Assembly: GCA_965263295.1 (NCBI GenBank)
Contig: OZ253665.1
Location: forward strand, 544,001-608,000
Source of the DNA: Spirochaetia bacterium
GTDB taxonomy: Bacteria; Spirochaetota; Spirochaetia; SP-2023
Length of the DNA: 64,000 nucleotides
Direction of reading: 5' to 3'
Made by a program: the position numbers and the translations under genes. The notes beneath the pieces were generated by a model that was not told the DNA's origin, searched no databases, and saw only the letters and a program-made list of their open reading frames with translations. This document shows positions 18,623 to 28,154 of the stretch, in pieces. Position 1 is the first letter of the stretch; every line of letters begins with the position of its first letter.

Positions 18623-19381
18623 TTATGGCATTGCCACTGTAAAAACAGAAACTCGCTCACCTTCGGCGTTGACGGCAGTATGGTAGTTGCGGGGATCCAG
18701 GAGCTTGACCCCCCCCACCCAGAAATAGTACTGATAATCTCCAGGCTGCAGGTAGCGGATACGGATATAGTATTTGCCTGGTTCCACTTCTTCTAAAGGG
18801 GAAATAAATGGGCTCCAGTTGTTGAAATTGCTCAGCATATACACATGCTCGCCTGGATCAAAGTAGGCATAAAAGTCATAGTCGTTGCCGACGACAGTGG
18901 GATTGACATCTTTAATAATCGAATATTCTTTATTTTCAAACACTGATATGGCGACCTCATGACTGTCGAGGTAATAGTTGGGATTGGCTGAATCACTTTG
19001 CCATAGGCCATCAATCCAGTAGCGGTAGCCGACGCGACCTTCTCTCGGTAGGGGAATCGCGTAGATAAAGACATCGTGGCCATTGCGTTCCATCATCTTC
19101 AATTCAGCAAATCCTTCGGACTCGAAAGAAATGCCTACCGCCTTGGTTTGTGGGCGGCCTTTATAAGTGAAGAATAAAAGGCTATGACTGAGAAAAGGAG
19201 CTCTGGCTTCCTCTAGATTTTTAAGTCTGATAATTAGGCCAGCATCTTGGGGAAGCTGAAAACTATTATCGTCTTGAGCACTCAATCTCATAGTTCCTAA
19301 AATGGCCAACAACGGCCATAATGACTTCAAGAACTGCGATAATTGTAAGGGCAATGCTGCTATGAATCGCTGCATTAACAT
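18623..19381 (-). CDS. Exported protein with two glycogen-binding (CBM48/AMPK-beta-like) domains
   Basis: YRYWIDGLWQSDSANP and FNNWSP...YQYYFWVGG...DPRN. Confidence 0.75.
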   Translation of the reverse strand: MLMQRFIAALPLQLSQFLKSLWPLLAILGTMRLSAQDDNSFQLPQDAGLIIRLKNLEEARAPFLSHSLLFFTYKGRPQTKAVGISFESEGFAELKMMERNGHDVFIYAIPLPREGRVGYRYWIDGLWQSDSANPNYYLDSHEVAISVFENKEYSIIKDVNPTVVGNDYDFYAYFDPGEHVYMLSNFNNWSPFISPLEEVEPGKYYIRIRYLQPGDYQYYFWVGGVKLLDPRNYHTAVNAEGERVSVFTVAMP

Positions 19382-19455
19382 TGGTTTTGTCTCCTTTTTG
19401 TCTCGACTCTTATGGGGAAAAATTGCTCACTGGGAGTTTAATGTATCTCTTCTGG

Positions 19456-21198
19456 TTAATTCTTGCAAGAAAGGGTGGGACGATGTAATAATTCTAGAGC
19501 TACTTCGCGCTCATCCCAGGGTATCTCGCGCTGCTTGGCCAAGATGATTGATTGCTCGTGTCCTTTACCTAGCAGTAATACCAGGTCGTTAGGTCGCGCC
19601 AGGGAAAACAGCTGAGACATTGCCAGTCGGCGCTCAGGTATTAGAAATAGATTTTTGCCGCAAGTAAAACCGGATTCTGAGGGAATGCCATCCTGAATAT
19701 CTTTGAGAATAGCCATCTCGTCTTCATTGCGCGGGTCTTCATTACACAGGACAATGATGTCGGCATACTGTGCCGCCAGAGCCCCCTGTCGGGGGCGTTT
19801 TTGGCGGTCGCGCTCACCACCTGAGCCGAAGAGCACAAGCATGCGGGCATTAGGTGCGAGCAAATGTCGCATTTCAGGCAATAGACGAGAAAAGGACCCG
19901 GGGCTGTGCGCATAGTCGATAAGTACGGTAAATGAAGTGTTTGCCGGCAACAATTCCATGCGGCCCTTGGGCGCTCGCAATGCCAGTTGAGGGTTGCCAC
20001 TTTTTTGCAGCGCTTTGAGCAAGGCATGGGGGTCACTGTTGGGCAGGGTTGCGCAACACAGTGTTATGGCTCCTAGCGTGTTTTCGACGTAGGCACTGCC
20101 GGGAATGTCAATTTGACAGAGCGAGAGAGCTGATGAAATTTCAGGGGCGAATAGTTCAAACTGTGAATTGGCTACGCCAAATTTTGAATTTTCGGCCCGG
20201 AGTAAACCTTCATAAGGGGGAATGGCCTGATGCGGCAGCGCCAATTTGGGAGATTTTTTATTTGACTTTGCGGTTGGATTGACTTTATAGCCCCAGTAGC
20301 GTAAGTCTTGGCGTGCGCCACTGAAGGCATAAAGCGCCCCAATTGTAGGCTCATCGACTTGCCAGACAGCGGCTCCTCCTGGTTTCAGGAGTTCAAATAT
20401 TCTTGCTTTATCACGAATGTAACATTCCATGCTGCCGTGGAATTCCAGATGTTCAGGGCTCAGGTTGCTAAACAGGGCTCCCGCAAGTTGGACGTGCATG
20501 AGCCGCGCTGTGCGCGGTGAAAGCCCATGGGAGGAACACTCCAACACTGCGTACAGGCAACCATTCGCTTTCATGCGGGCCAAAGCTCGCTGTACAATCA
20601 GGGATTCAGGAGTGGTCTGGTGTACGGGATTGGGCTGTAAGCCCTGGCCGAGATCTACGCCAAAGGTACTGAGTAAGCCGCTGCGAGGGCCATATTGAGC
20701 CTGGAGTATCTGGTAGCTCAGGTAAGCGATGGAAGTTTTGCCATCCGTGCCAGTAATACCGAGTACTGGCAATTGATGGGAAGGTTGGCCAAAACAGTAG
20801 GCGCTTAGAAGAGACAAGGCTTGCCGGCTGTCGCTAACTTGAAAGGCGGCAATATTTTGGTCCGAAAGCTGCGCTAAGAGTTTGGCCGGCAGTGCTCTTT
20901 GGTAGACTACCGACTTGCAGCGCATTTCTAAAACTTGCGGAATAAAGTTGTGTCCGTCGAGATTCTCGCCGATCAAAGCCACAAAAATATGCCAAGGTTG
21001 CAGTAAGCGCGAATCGTAGCACGGACAAAGCCGTTGTCGCCGGCTTACATCTATGACAGCCAGCTGTTCCAAGTTGTTGCTTGTAAGGATTTGTGCCTGA
21101 TGCAGTTGTTCTGTAATTTCGCGCAGCGAACACGGTCGCAGCAGGTCTTCGTCGTCGCCAAAGAGCTGCCGTGTTATTGGGTCCTGTGTGTTGGACAT
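19456..21198 (-). CDS. murE: UDP-MurNAc-L-Ala-D-Glu:diamino acid ligase MurE
   Basis: GITGTDGKT, TTPES, ECSSHG, IDYAHSP, EDPRNE, GKGHE. Confidence 0.9.
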   Translation of the reverse strand: MSNTQDPITRQLFGDDEDLLRPCSLREITEQLHQAQILTSNNLEQLAVIDVSRRQRLCPCYDSRLLQPWHIFVALIGENLDGHNFIPQVLEMRCKSVVYQRALPAKLLAQLSDQNIAAFQVSDSRQALSLLSAYCFGQPSHQLPVLGITGTDGKTSIAYLSYQILQAQYGPRSGLLSTFGVDLGQGLQPNPVHQTTPESLIVQRALARMKANGCLYAVLECSSHGLSPRTARLMHVQLAGALFSNLSPEHLEFHGSMECYIRDKARIFELLKPGGAAVWQVDEPTIGALYAFSGARQDLRYWGYKVNPTAKSNKKSPKLALPHQAIPPYEGLLRAENSKFGVANSQFELFAPEISSALSLCQIDIPGSAYVENTLGAITLCCATLPNSDPHALLKALQKSGNPQLALRAPKGRMELLPANTSFTVLIDYAHSPGSFSRLLPEMRHLLAPNARMLVLFGSGGERDRQKRPRQGALAAQYADIIVLCNEDPRNEDEMAILKDIQDGIPSESGFTCGKNLFLIPERRLAMSQLFSLARPNDLVLLLGKGHEQSIILAKQREIPWDEREVALELLHRPTLSCKN

Positions 21199-22607
21199 GA
21201 CTGCATTTGAAGTGAATTGAGGTCAGTAAAGAAACTGGGAAATGTCACTGCCACATAACTGGAATCGTCCAGTGACAGAGGATATTTGGGGCCCAGCAGG
21301 TTGAGCAAGGACAAAGCCATGATGATGCGGTGATCGCGATAACCCCGTGTCGCGCGCGTTCGCGCTTCGTTCATAAAGCGTGTGATACCTCCAGTCACAC
21401 TCAAGCCGTCCGGGTTTTCCTCGACAGTGAAGCCCAGGTTGTGCAATTCTTTTGCCATGCAGGCGATGCGGTCGGTTTCTTTTTTGCGGGCGTGTGCCAC
21501 GTTATATATGAGGCTCGTACCTGAGGCACAGACACAAGTTACGGCCATTGCGGGCAGGGCATCGGGAGTAGCTCCCAAATCCAGGTCTACTGACTTGAGC
21601 TGCTCCGGACCAGAAAATTCGAGCAAATAATTGCGCAAATTGTTTTTATCTTGGAGATCATTGGTGGCTACGCTACCTGACCGTTCGTCTTCTTGCCAAT
21701 GATAACGACAGCCCATGCTTTGTAATAAATTCAAGATATGTTTGTCTCCCTGACTATCGTGTGGATCCAGTCCGCGCAGCCGAATACTGCTGCCGGTAAT
21801 AGCGGCTGCGCACAAGAAGAATGTCGCTGAAGAAAAATCGGCACAGATAGAGCATTGAAAGGGTCGATATTGTTGACCACCATATAACTGATAGCGATCG
21901 TAACCTTCATTGCGCCACTGGATTCCTTGGCTGTGCAGCCAATCTAGGGTCATGTTTATGTAAGGATGTTCATTGAGCAATTCCATTTCTATTTCAAACT
22001 CACAGCCGCTTTCGCTCAATGGCAGGGCCAGAAGCAAGGCACTGAGGTACTGGCTGGTCGGCGCAGCAAGCCGGGTTGATCCACCGATTATGGGACCTTG
22101 AATGGTATAAGGACAGCAGAAATCCTGACCTTCAGTGCTAACCTTGACCCCAAAATCTTGTAATGCCTGCAATAAATTTTTTGCTGAGCGTCTGCGGATG
22201 GAATGGTCGCCATCAAAGCGCACCGGACGGCGGAACAGGGCTGCAACAGCAGTGCCTAAGTATAGTGTAGTAGCTGAATTACCGACATCAATTTGAATGA
22301 CTTCACTTGATTCCTCAGCGAAACGGGCCGGATCAATAGCACGCACGCGCCACTGGATGGGCATTGTATTGCCGGGGAGCCCAACTTTTTCTTCAATGAT
22401 AATGGCCCCCAGCTGCTCAAACATTCTGCGGGCAGAAATAGTATCTCGCGACAGTAGGGGTGAACGCAAACGACTTTCAGCTGAGTTCTGCTTTTTATGA
22501 GCCAAAGAGGCAATCAACAGGGCACGAATAGTATGCGACTTTGAACCAGGGATAGTCAATTCACCTTGAAGTTGCGTAGTGCGATTGGATATGAGAGCTG
22601 AACGCAT
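21174..22607 (-). CDS. aroA: EPSP synthase
   Basis: PGSKS, GNSATT, SQYLSALL, KETDRI, DHRI. Confidence 0.92.
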   Translation of the reverse strand: MRSALISNRTTQLQGELTIPGSKSHTIRALLIASLAHKKQNSAESRLRSPLLSRDTISARRMFEQLGAIIIEEKVGLPGNTMPIQWRVRAIDPARFAEESSEVIQIDVGNSATTLYLGTAVAALFRRPVRFDGDHSIRRRSAKNLLQALQDFGVKVSTEGQDFCCPYTIQGPIIGGSTRLAAPTSQYLSALLLALPLSESGCEFEIEMELLNEHPYINMTLDWLHSQGIQWRNEGYDRYQLYGGQQYRPFQCSICADFSSATFFLCAAAITGSSIRLRGLDPHDSQGDKHILNLLQSMGCRYHWQEDERSGSVATNDLQDKNNLRNYLLEFSGPEQLKSVDLDLGATPDALPAMAVTCVCASGTSLIYNVAHARKKETDRIACMAKELHNLGFTVEENPDGLSVTGGITRFMNEARTRATRGYRDHRIIMALSLLNLLGPKYPLSLDDSSYVAVTFPSFFTDLNSLQMQSCPTHRTQ

Positions 22608-22741
22608 TAAAGGATTTCCATAGGCTTGTCCAAGACTAATTTTATGGCTAATTTTACGGCCAATTTCCAGTTATATATTTTACACTTATAAATATCGCCT
22701 AAAAGATCAAAGCAGAGTTTAGCTCGCAAGCTGAGCAATGC

Positions 22742-24232
22742 TCAGGCAAAACTCTTGCCACCATTGGCGCCAAGCAGATCAGTTTCGGCCGCTGTGATCT
22801 GATTCAGTTGTAGCTGATTGATATTTCGGGCTTTGTCTTGACTGGTTTGATAGTCTTGCATACTTTTAACCAGTTCCTGGGCTTGTTTTTCAACGATAGC
22901 GCCTTGGGCGAAGAAGTTCTTGGTAACTTTTTCAATCTCGTCAGAGCCGATACTGATGCGGCTGAAACTATTGCGCAGCTTATCCGTATAATTACTGAGT
23001 TCTTCCATTGGCTTCAATAAAGTTTCACGCACAATATTGTTCTCTGCAAAACTTAGACTAATATCTTCAACGCGCTCTTTTAGCTTGCGCTGCATAGAGT
23101 TTATTATTTCTATTGTATTGCTGATATCTCGTGCTGCTGTACTCAATTGTTGCAAATCCGTAATTACATTTTCCATACGATTATTCAGCACGGTACGCAG
23201 GTCGCTGAGTTGAGTTCCCGAGCTTTTGGCGACATTTATAATGGCTTCAATCTGCTCGCGAATTTCTGAAGTCAATGTGCCTGAGTTCGTCGCCAAGTTG
23301 CGAATTTGCAGGGCGACAATGGTAAAGCCACGTCCTGATTCACCGGCGCGAGCGGCTTCGATAGAAGCATTGATTGAAAGGAGATGAGTACTTTCTGCAA
23401 TATCTTCAATTTCTTCAAGGAGTTTTTCAATGCGGGTAAAGCGCTGGGACTGTTCATCAATAGAACGTGTCGATTCCTTGGCAAATTGAATGGTGACACC
23501 GAATAAGTCATTGTTTGTCTCGCTGTGGTCACCGGTCTTGCCGCTGTTTTGATCGCCCAGAGAATGTTTCAGGCTATCCATGCTGCTGAGGAATTCCTGT
23601 GTAAGGTTAGATTGCTTCTGAATGTAGTGGGTGAAGTCTTTGAAGCTATCATTTAAAATGGTCGAATGCTCGGAGACTTGGCCAATATTTTGAGTAAACT
23701 TTTGTAAATTGTCTTTGGCATTATTCATTGCCTGGACCTGATTTTCGCTGATTTGGTCAATGTTGCCTAAGCTGGTAAATACGGCTTGAAGAATATCGCC
23801 AGCGTGCCGTAAGCTAACATTAAAATCAATACCATTCTCACGCATTGTGCTCGCCAGTGTCTTGGTGTTCCCCAACATTAGGTCTAAGCGACCGACAAAG
23901 GCATTGAGCCAAAAGGCCAGCTGCCCAACTTCATCGCTTGATTCAATATCAATTTTGCGAGTCAAGTCTCCTTGACCTTCGGCGATGTCTTTTAATTCGT
24001 ATGCAATTAGCCGAATAATACGTACAACCGTAATTTTGCTGATAAGAAAACACAAAAAGCCCATAATTGTGCCAACGACTACACAACTTAAGAAAAAGAT
24101 AAAAAATTGGAAGTTGGAAGTAAAATGAATGCCAAACAGTTGGACATAGAAAGGAAAAATAATGCCGCAAAAGAAGCCATATAGCAAAAAAATAATGAGA
24201 CTTAAGTGGACAATAGAGTTACTGCGATGCAT
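22742..24232 (-). CDS. Methyl-accepting chemotaxis protein (two TM helices, HAMP)
   Basis: GDLTRKI..DEVGQL HAMP; LLSINASIEAARAGESGRGF signalling hairpin. Confidence 0.9.
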   Translation of the reverse strand: MHRSNSIVHLSLIIFLLYGFFCGIIFPFYVQLFGIHFTSNFQFFIFFLSCVVVGTIMGFLCFLISKITVVRIIRLIAYELKDIAEGQGDLTRKIDIESSDEVGQLAFWLNAFVGRLDLMLGNTKTLASTMRENGIDFNVSLRHAGDILQAVFTSLGNIDQISENQVQAMNNAKDNLQKFTQNIGQVSEHSTILNDSFKDFTHYIQKQSNLTQEFLSSMDSLKHSLGDQNSGKTGDHSETNNDLFGVTIQFAKESTRSIDEQSQRFTRIEKLLEEIEDIAESTHLLSINASIEAARAGESGRGFTIVALQIRNLATNSGTLTSEIREQIEAIINVAKSSGTQLSDLRTVLNNRMENVITDLQQLSTAARDISNTIEIINSMQRKLKERVEDISLSFAENNIVRETLLKPMEELSNYTDKLRNSFSRISIGSDEIEKVTKNFFAQGAIVEKQAQELVKSMQDYQTSQDKARNINQLQLNQITAAETDLLGANGGKSFA

Positions 24233-24236
24233 TTAT

Positions 24237-25922
24237 TTATCTCCTGAGATAGGATAGTTCTTTGGGTAGAGGAACATTGTTGCCCACTTCATCCTCCCCG
24301 TAGCCGTTTTCCGCAAGTATGGCAATATCAGCTAGAACCCTTGAATCCCCTTCAAAGCTTATCGCCAAGCTAAAGACCATGTCAATTTTTCCTGTAGCCA
24401 TTAGATAGGCAACTTCGCGTTTGACGTATTCTAGAAATTCTTCCCCGGCAGATGGTTGCTCCAAAGAATCCATGGACAGCGACTCATAGACTACAATCTT
24501 TCCTTGCTTCTGCAAACTCCGAAACAGCTCTAAAAAATATTTCTGCATCAGGATCTGGTCCTGATGCGGAAGCTTGCGCAGCTGCTTGGTATACTTTTGA
24601 CCATCTTTGCTTTCGGCGATAATTTTGCCGATCTCTCGCCGTTTTCCCACGTTTATGACTTCATTGGCACGAAACAGGTCCAAAGGGATTGCGGCGTTGT
24701 ATGTTGTATCGTTAAGCGTCATGGTGACTTTACTGCCGTAGTGCATAACAATGCGGGCGACCAAGGTCGAAGGGCGCACATGAAAGCCTCGATAACGGGG
24801 AATCGGCAGGTCAATTTTCTTTTGCTCTGAGTATTTTTGTATCAGGCGTTTGGAAATTTTTTCGACTTGCTGGCGAAAACGGTCAATATAATTGATAAAA
24901 AAATCAAATATAATACCCTGAATAATTTCATCGTTAAGTATAAGACTAATATGGTGTTCGACAAAAAATTGATAATGGCGTTCCTGAATGCGCATTAGGA
25001 TGCTAAAACCAGTCAGCAGTTTGTACACCACCTTGACGTGATTGATTAGATCGACAACTTCAGGATCGACAATAATTTGTCTGCGAGAGCACTGTGTGTC
25101 AAAGAAAGTGATAATACTGTGAAAGAGTTCACGCTGTGCATTCAGTGTCTCCTCATGAAGTTCGTTGGCAATAACTTCTTTTCGTTTATTGCTTTTGGTA
25201 TTGATCAGGTGGTTAATGTATTCAATGGTATTGCAATTGTTGAGCAAGGAGCTGACGAGATAAAGGATGGTCTCCTGAGTCTTGAGTGCACGCATATTGC
25301 TGGAAGTCACTTCGGGGTTGGCAACAGAATCGAAGGAAGAACTGGTTTTGAGGCGCAAAAGGGGCTTGATGTCTGGCGAGAAATATTTATTGAAAATGAG
25401 TGGCAATTGACAGCCTTCTTCAAGAACTCCCAGCTGTTTCACTTCTTTTAGAAAGTTTTGTGTGCTCTCCAACAGCATGTTGTAAAAATGGTGGAGGACG
25501 AACTGGGTAGCCATGGCAAAGTTGCCTTCGACAGAATCTGAGAGCTTTTCCGCCATTAGACTAAGGTATTGCAGCTTAGCCGTGATAGAACAGCTATGCT
25601 TGATCAAGGCGACGAGTTTGCGCAAGTAAGCCCATTCATGCTGACGATCAGCGTGTACCCGATCAAGTACGTCTTCACAGCGGGTGCATTCCATCATGAA
25701 ACGGTAGACACCGCCGCTATTCAGCAAGACCTCTGTGGACTGCTCCTGTTGTTTAATCAGCAATTGGTTGCACATGGCACAAAGGTCCAGTACCTCTGTG
25801 CGCAGCAAGACTGCAAACTCTTTATGGTAGACCCGGTAAAAGTCTTCCTCAAGGTTTTTGTATGGCTCACTCTGCCCAGTTTGTGGCGAGTCTGTGGCCA
25901 TTTTTAATGCTGCATCCGACAT
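24237..25922 (-). CDS. Large protein with a C-terminal HPr-like phosphocarrier domain
   Basis: RGFHVRPSTLVARIV resembles the HPr His15 motif. Confidence 0.65.
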   Translation of the reverse strand: MSDAALKMATDSPQTGQSEPYKNLEEDFYRVYHKEFAVLLRTEVLDLCAMCNQLLIKQQEQSTEVLLNSGGVYRFMMECTRCEDVLDRVHADRQHEWAYLRKLVALIKHSCSITAKLQYLSLMAEKLSDSVEGNFAMATQFVLHHFYNMLLESTQNFLKEVKQLGVLEEGCQLPLIFNKYFSPDIKPLLRLKTSSSFDSVANPEVTSSNMRALKTQETILYLVSSLLNNCNTIEYINHLINTKSNKRKEVIANELHEETLNAQRELFHSIITFFDTQCSRRQIIVDPEVVDLINHVKVVYKLLTGFSILMRIQERHYQFFVEHHISLILNDEIIQGIIFDFFINYIDRFRQQVEKISKRLIQKYSEQKKIDLPIPRYRGFHVRPSTLVARIVMHYGSKVTMTLNDTTYNAAIPLDLFRANEVINVGKRREIGKIIAESKDGQKYTKQLRKLPHQDQILMQKYFLELFRSLQKQGKIVVYESLSMDSLEQPSAGEEFLEYVKREVAYLMATGKIDMVFSLAISFEGDSRVLADIAILAENGYGEDEVGNNVPLPKELSYLRR

Positions 25923-25965
25923 AAATTGTTCCCTGAAGCCGCGGAGCGTGCTCAGCGGAGCGTGC

Positions 25966-27606
25966 TTAGATGACTATGCGATCGTGCCTGCCGCCAAACA
26001 TTTGATCGCGCAGCTTTTTAACTTTTTTGTCTTGAATATACTCGTCAAACTTCATATGGCGGTCAATAATGCCGTTAGGCGTAAACTCTACAATCCGATT
26101 GGCAATAGTCTGAATAAACTGATGGTCGTGTGAACTAAACAGCAGTATGCCATTAAAGTCGATTAAACCATTATTTAAGGCAGTAATGGATTCGAGGTCA
26201 AGGTGGGCGATAGGGTCGTCGAGTATCAGCATATTGGCTTCGGCCAACATTAATCTGGCTAGCATACAGCGAATTTTTTCACCGCCGGAAAGCACATTCA
26301 CCGGCTTGAGGGACTCGTCGCCACTGAATAGCATGCGGCCCAGGAAACCCCTGATATAGCTTTGGTCTTCATTGTCTGAATATTGGCGCAGCCAGTCCGT
26401 CATGTTGATATCGCTGGAGAAGAATTCAATGTTATTGCGGGGCAAATACCCAATGCTAATGGTCTGGCCAATTTTGATCTCACCGCAGCTCGGCTCGACT
26501 TCGCCGGCAATCAGCTGCATTAGCGCGGTCTTGCGCTGGTTGTCCGAGCCGACAAAGCCAATTTTGTCACCGTTTTCTACGCGAAATTCCAGGTTCTCGA
26601 AAAGTTTTTCACCTTCGGGCGCAGCATAATTGAGACCGGTTATTTCTATCACGTTGCGTCCAGCTTCGCGTGCGGGTTTAAAGGCGATGTAGGGGAAGCG
26701 TCGCGACGAGGCGGGCAGGGAACTGATGTCGAGCTTGTCCAGTTCCTTGCGGCGTGAAGTCGCCTGCTTGGATCGCGCGGCGTTGGCCGAAAAGCGCTGG
26801 ATGAATTCTTTGAGCTCCGCAGCGCGTTCCTCGTTTTTCTTGCGCTGATCGCGGCGCTGGGCGTTGATGATTTCGGAAGTTTTTTGCCAGAAGTCGTAAT
26901 TGCCCACAAACATCGTCATTTTGCTAAAATCGATGTCGACCATGTGGGTACATACTTGGTTGAGAAAGTGGCGGTCGTGCGATACTAGAATGACGGTATT
27001 TTCAAAATTATAAAGGAAGTTTTCCAGCCAGGTAATGGACTCTAGGTCTAAGTGATTGGTCGGTTCGTCGAGTAGCAAGTTGTCTGGGTTGCCGAACAGG
27101 GACTGGGCCAGCAAGACACGCACCTTGATATTGTCGTCCAGCTCGCGCATGCGTTTTTCGTGCAAGTCGTTTTCTATACCCAGACCGTTCAGCAGAATCG
27201 CTGCTTCATTTTCCGCTTCGTAGCCACCGAGTTCGGCAAACTCTACTTCCAGGTCTGCAACTTTCATCCCGTCTTCTTCATTGAAATCGGCTTTAGAATA
27301 CAGTTCATCTCGTTGCCTGCTGACTTCATAAAGACGCTTATGCCCCATGATCGTCGTCTCTAAAACGCTGTACTGATCATAGACAAAGTGGTCCTGTTCA
27401 AGTAGAGCCAGGCGTTCTGTGCTGGGCATGGCGATATTGCCGTGGTCCGGCTCCTGCCGGCCTGCAATGATATTCAGAAAAGTAGATTTGCCGGCGCCAT
27501 TGGCGCCGATGATACCGTAACAATTGCCCGGCGAAAATTTGAGGTTGACCTGGTCAAATAATAGTCGCTGGCCAAAAGATAAGCGCATGTCGCTGACGGT
27601 AATCAC
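25966..27606 (-). CDS. ABC-F family ATPase (YbiT-like)
   Basis: Two ABC domains, GANGAGKST, LLDEPTNHLD, LSGGE; no TM segment; GTG start at 27606 preferred. Confidence 0.9.
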   Translation of the reverse strand: MITVSDMRLSFGQRLLFDQVNLKFSPGNCYGIIGANGAGKSTFLNIIAGRQEPDHGNIAMPSTERLALLEQDHFVYDQYSVLETTIMGHKRLYEVSRQRDELYSKADFNEEDGMKVADLEVEFAELGGYEAENEAAILLNGLGIENDLHEKRMRELDDNIKVRVLLAQSLFGNPDNLLLDEPTNHLDLESITWLENFLYNFENTVILVSHDRHFLNQVCTHMVDIDFSKMTMFVGNYDFWQKTSEIINAQRRDQRKKNEERAAELKEFIQRFSANAARSKQATSRRKELDKLDISSLPASSRRFPYIAFKPAREAGRNVIEITGLNYAAPEGEKLFENLEFRVENGDKIGFVGSDNQRKTALMQLIAGEVEPSCGEIKIGQTISIGYLPRNNIEFFSSDINMTDWLRQYSDNEDQSYIRGFLGRMLFSGDESLKPVNVLSGGEKIRCMLARLMLAEANMLILDDPIAHLDLESITALNNGLIDFNGILLFSSHDHQFIQTIANRIVEFTPNGIIDRHMKFDEYIQDKKVKKLRDQMFGGRHDRIVI

Positions 27607-27967
27607 TGCTTCATCCCTAAGATATAATTCTTGTAGCTCTGTCTTTATACTTGCACTGCAATTGCGAAAATGCAAAATCCTCAGCTACTTTGAGGACTAG
27701 GTGCGAAAATAGCTAAATTGAACAAAAGAATCTAGCGACCTAAAAAACGGATTGAAATTTTGCCGATAATACCGGGCTTCTCACTTAACTACAAAGCACT
27801 TGCCGCCAAACCATTTGTCATAGTGTCATAGGGCCGCTCAAATCTAAATTAAACCAGAAAGCAAAAATTATACTTTAAAATAATATATTCTCAAGCATGT
27901 AAGAAGCCATAAAAATAATATAGACAAAGATTTTTTGCCAATATTTTTTATATTCTTTGACGGCTGC

Positions 27968-28050
27968 TACCGGCAGTGGGAGTCGAACCCACACACCCAC
28001 AGGGCACCAGATTTTGAGTCTGGCGTGTCTACCAATTCCACCACGCCGGC
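27968..28050 (-). tRNA. tRNA-Leu (CAA)
   Basis: GCCGGCGTGGTGGAATTGGTAGAC...CT-CAA-AA...GGTTCGACTCC; TTGACA-17 bp-TATTTT upstream. Confidence 0.95.
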
Positions 28051-28154
28051 CATCGGGCGATAAAATATTAAAATAAGCCACGTCTGTCAAGCCAATCCGG
28101 TTGTATATTTGTATGCCAAATGACGCAAAAGGCCGGTGCTATAATAAAAGGCCA

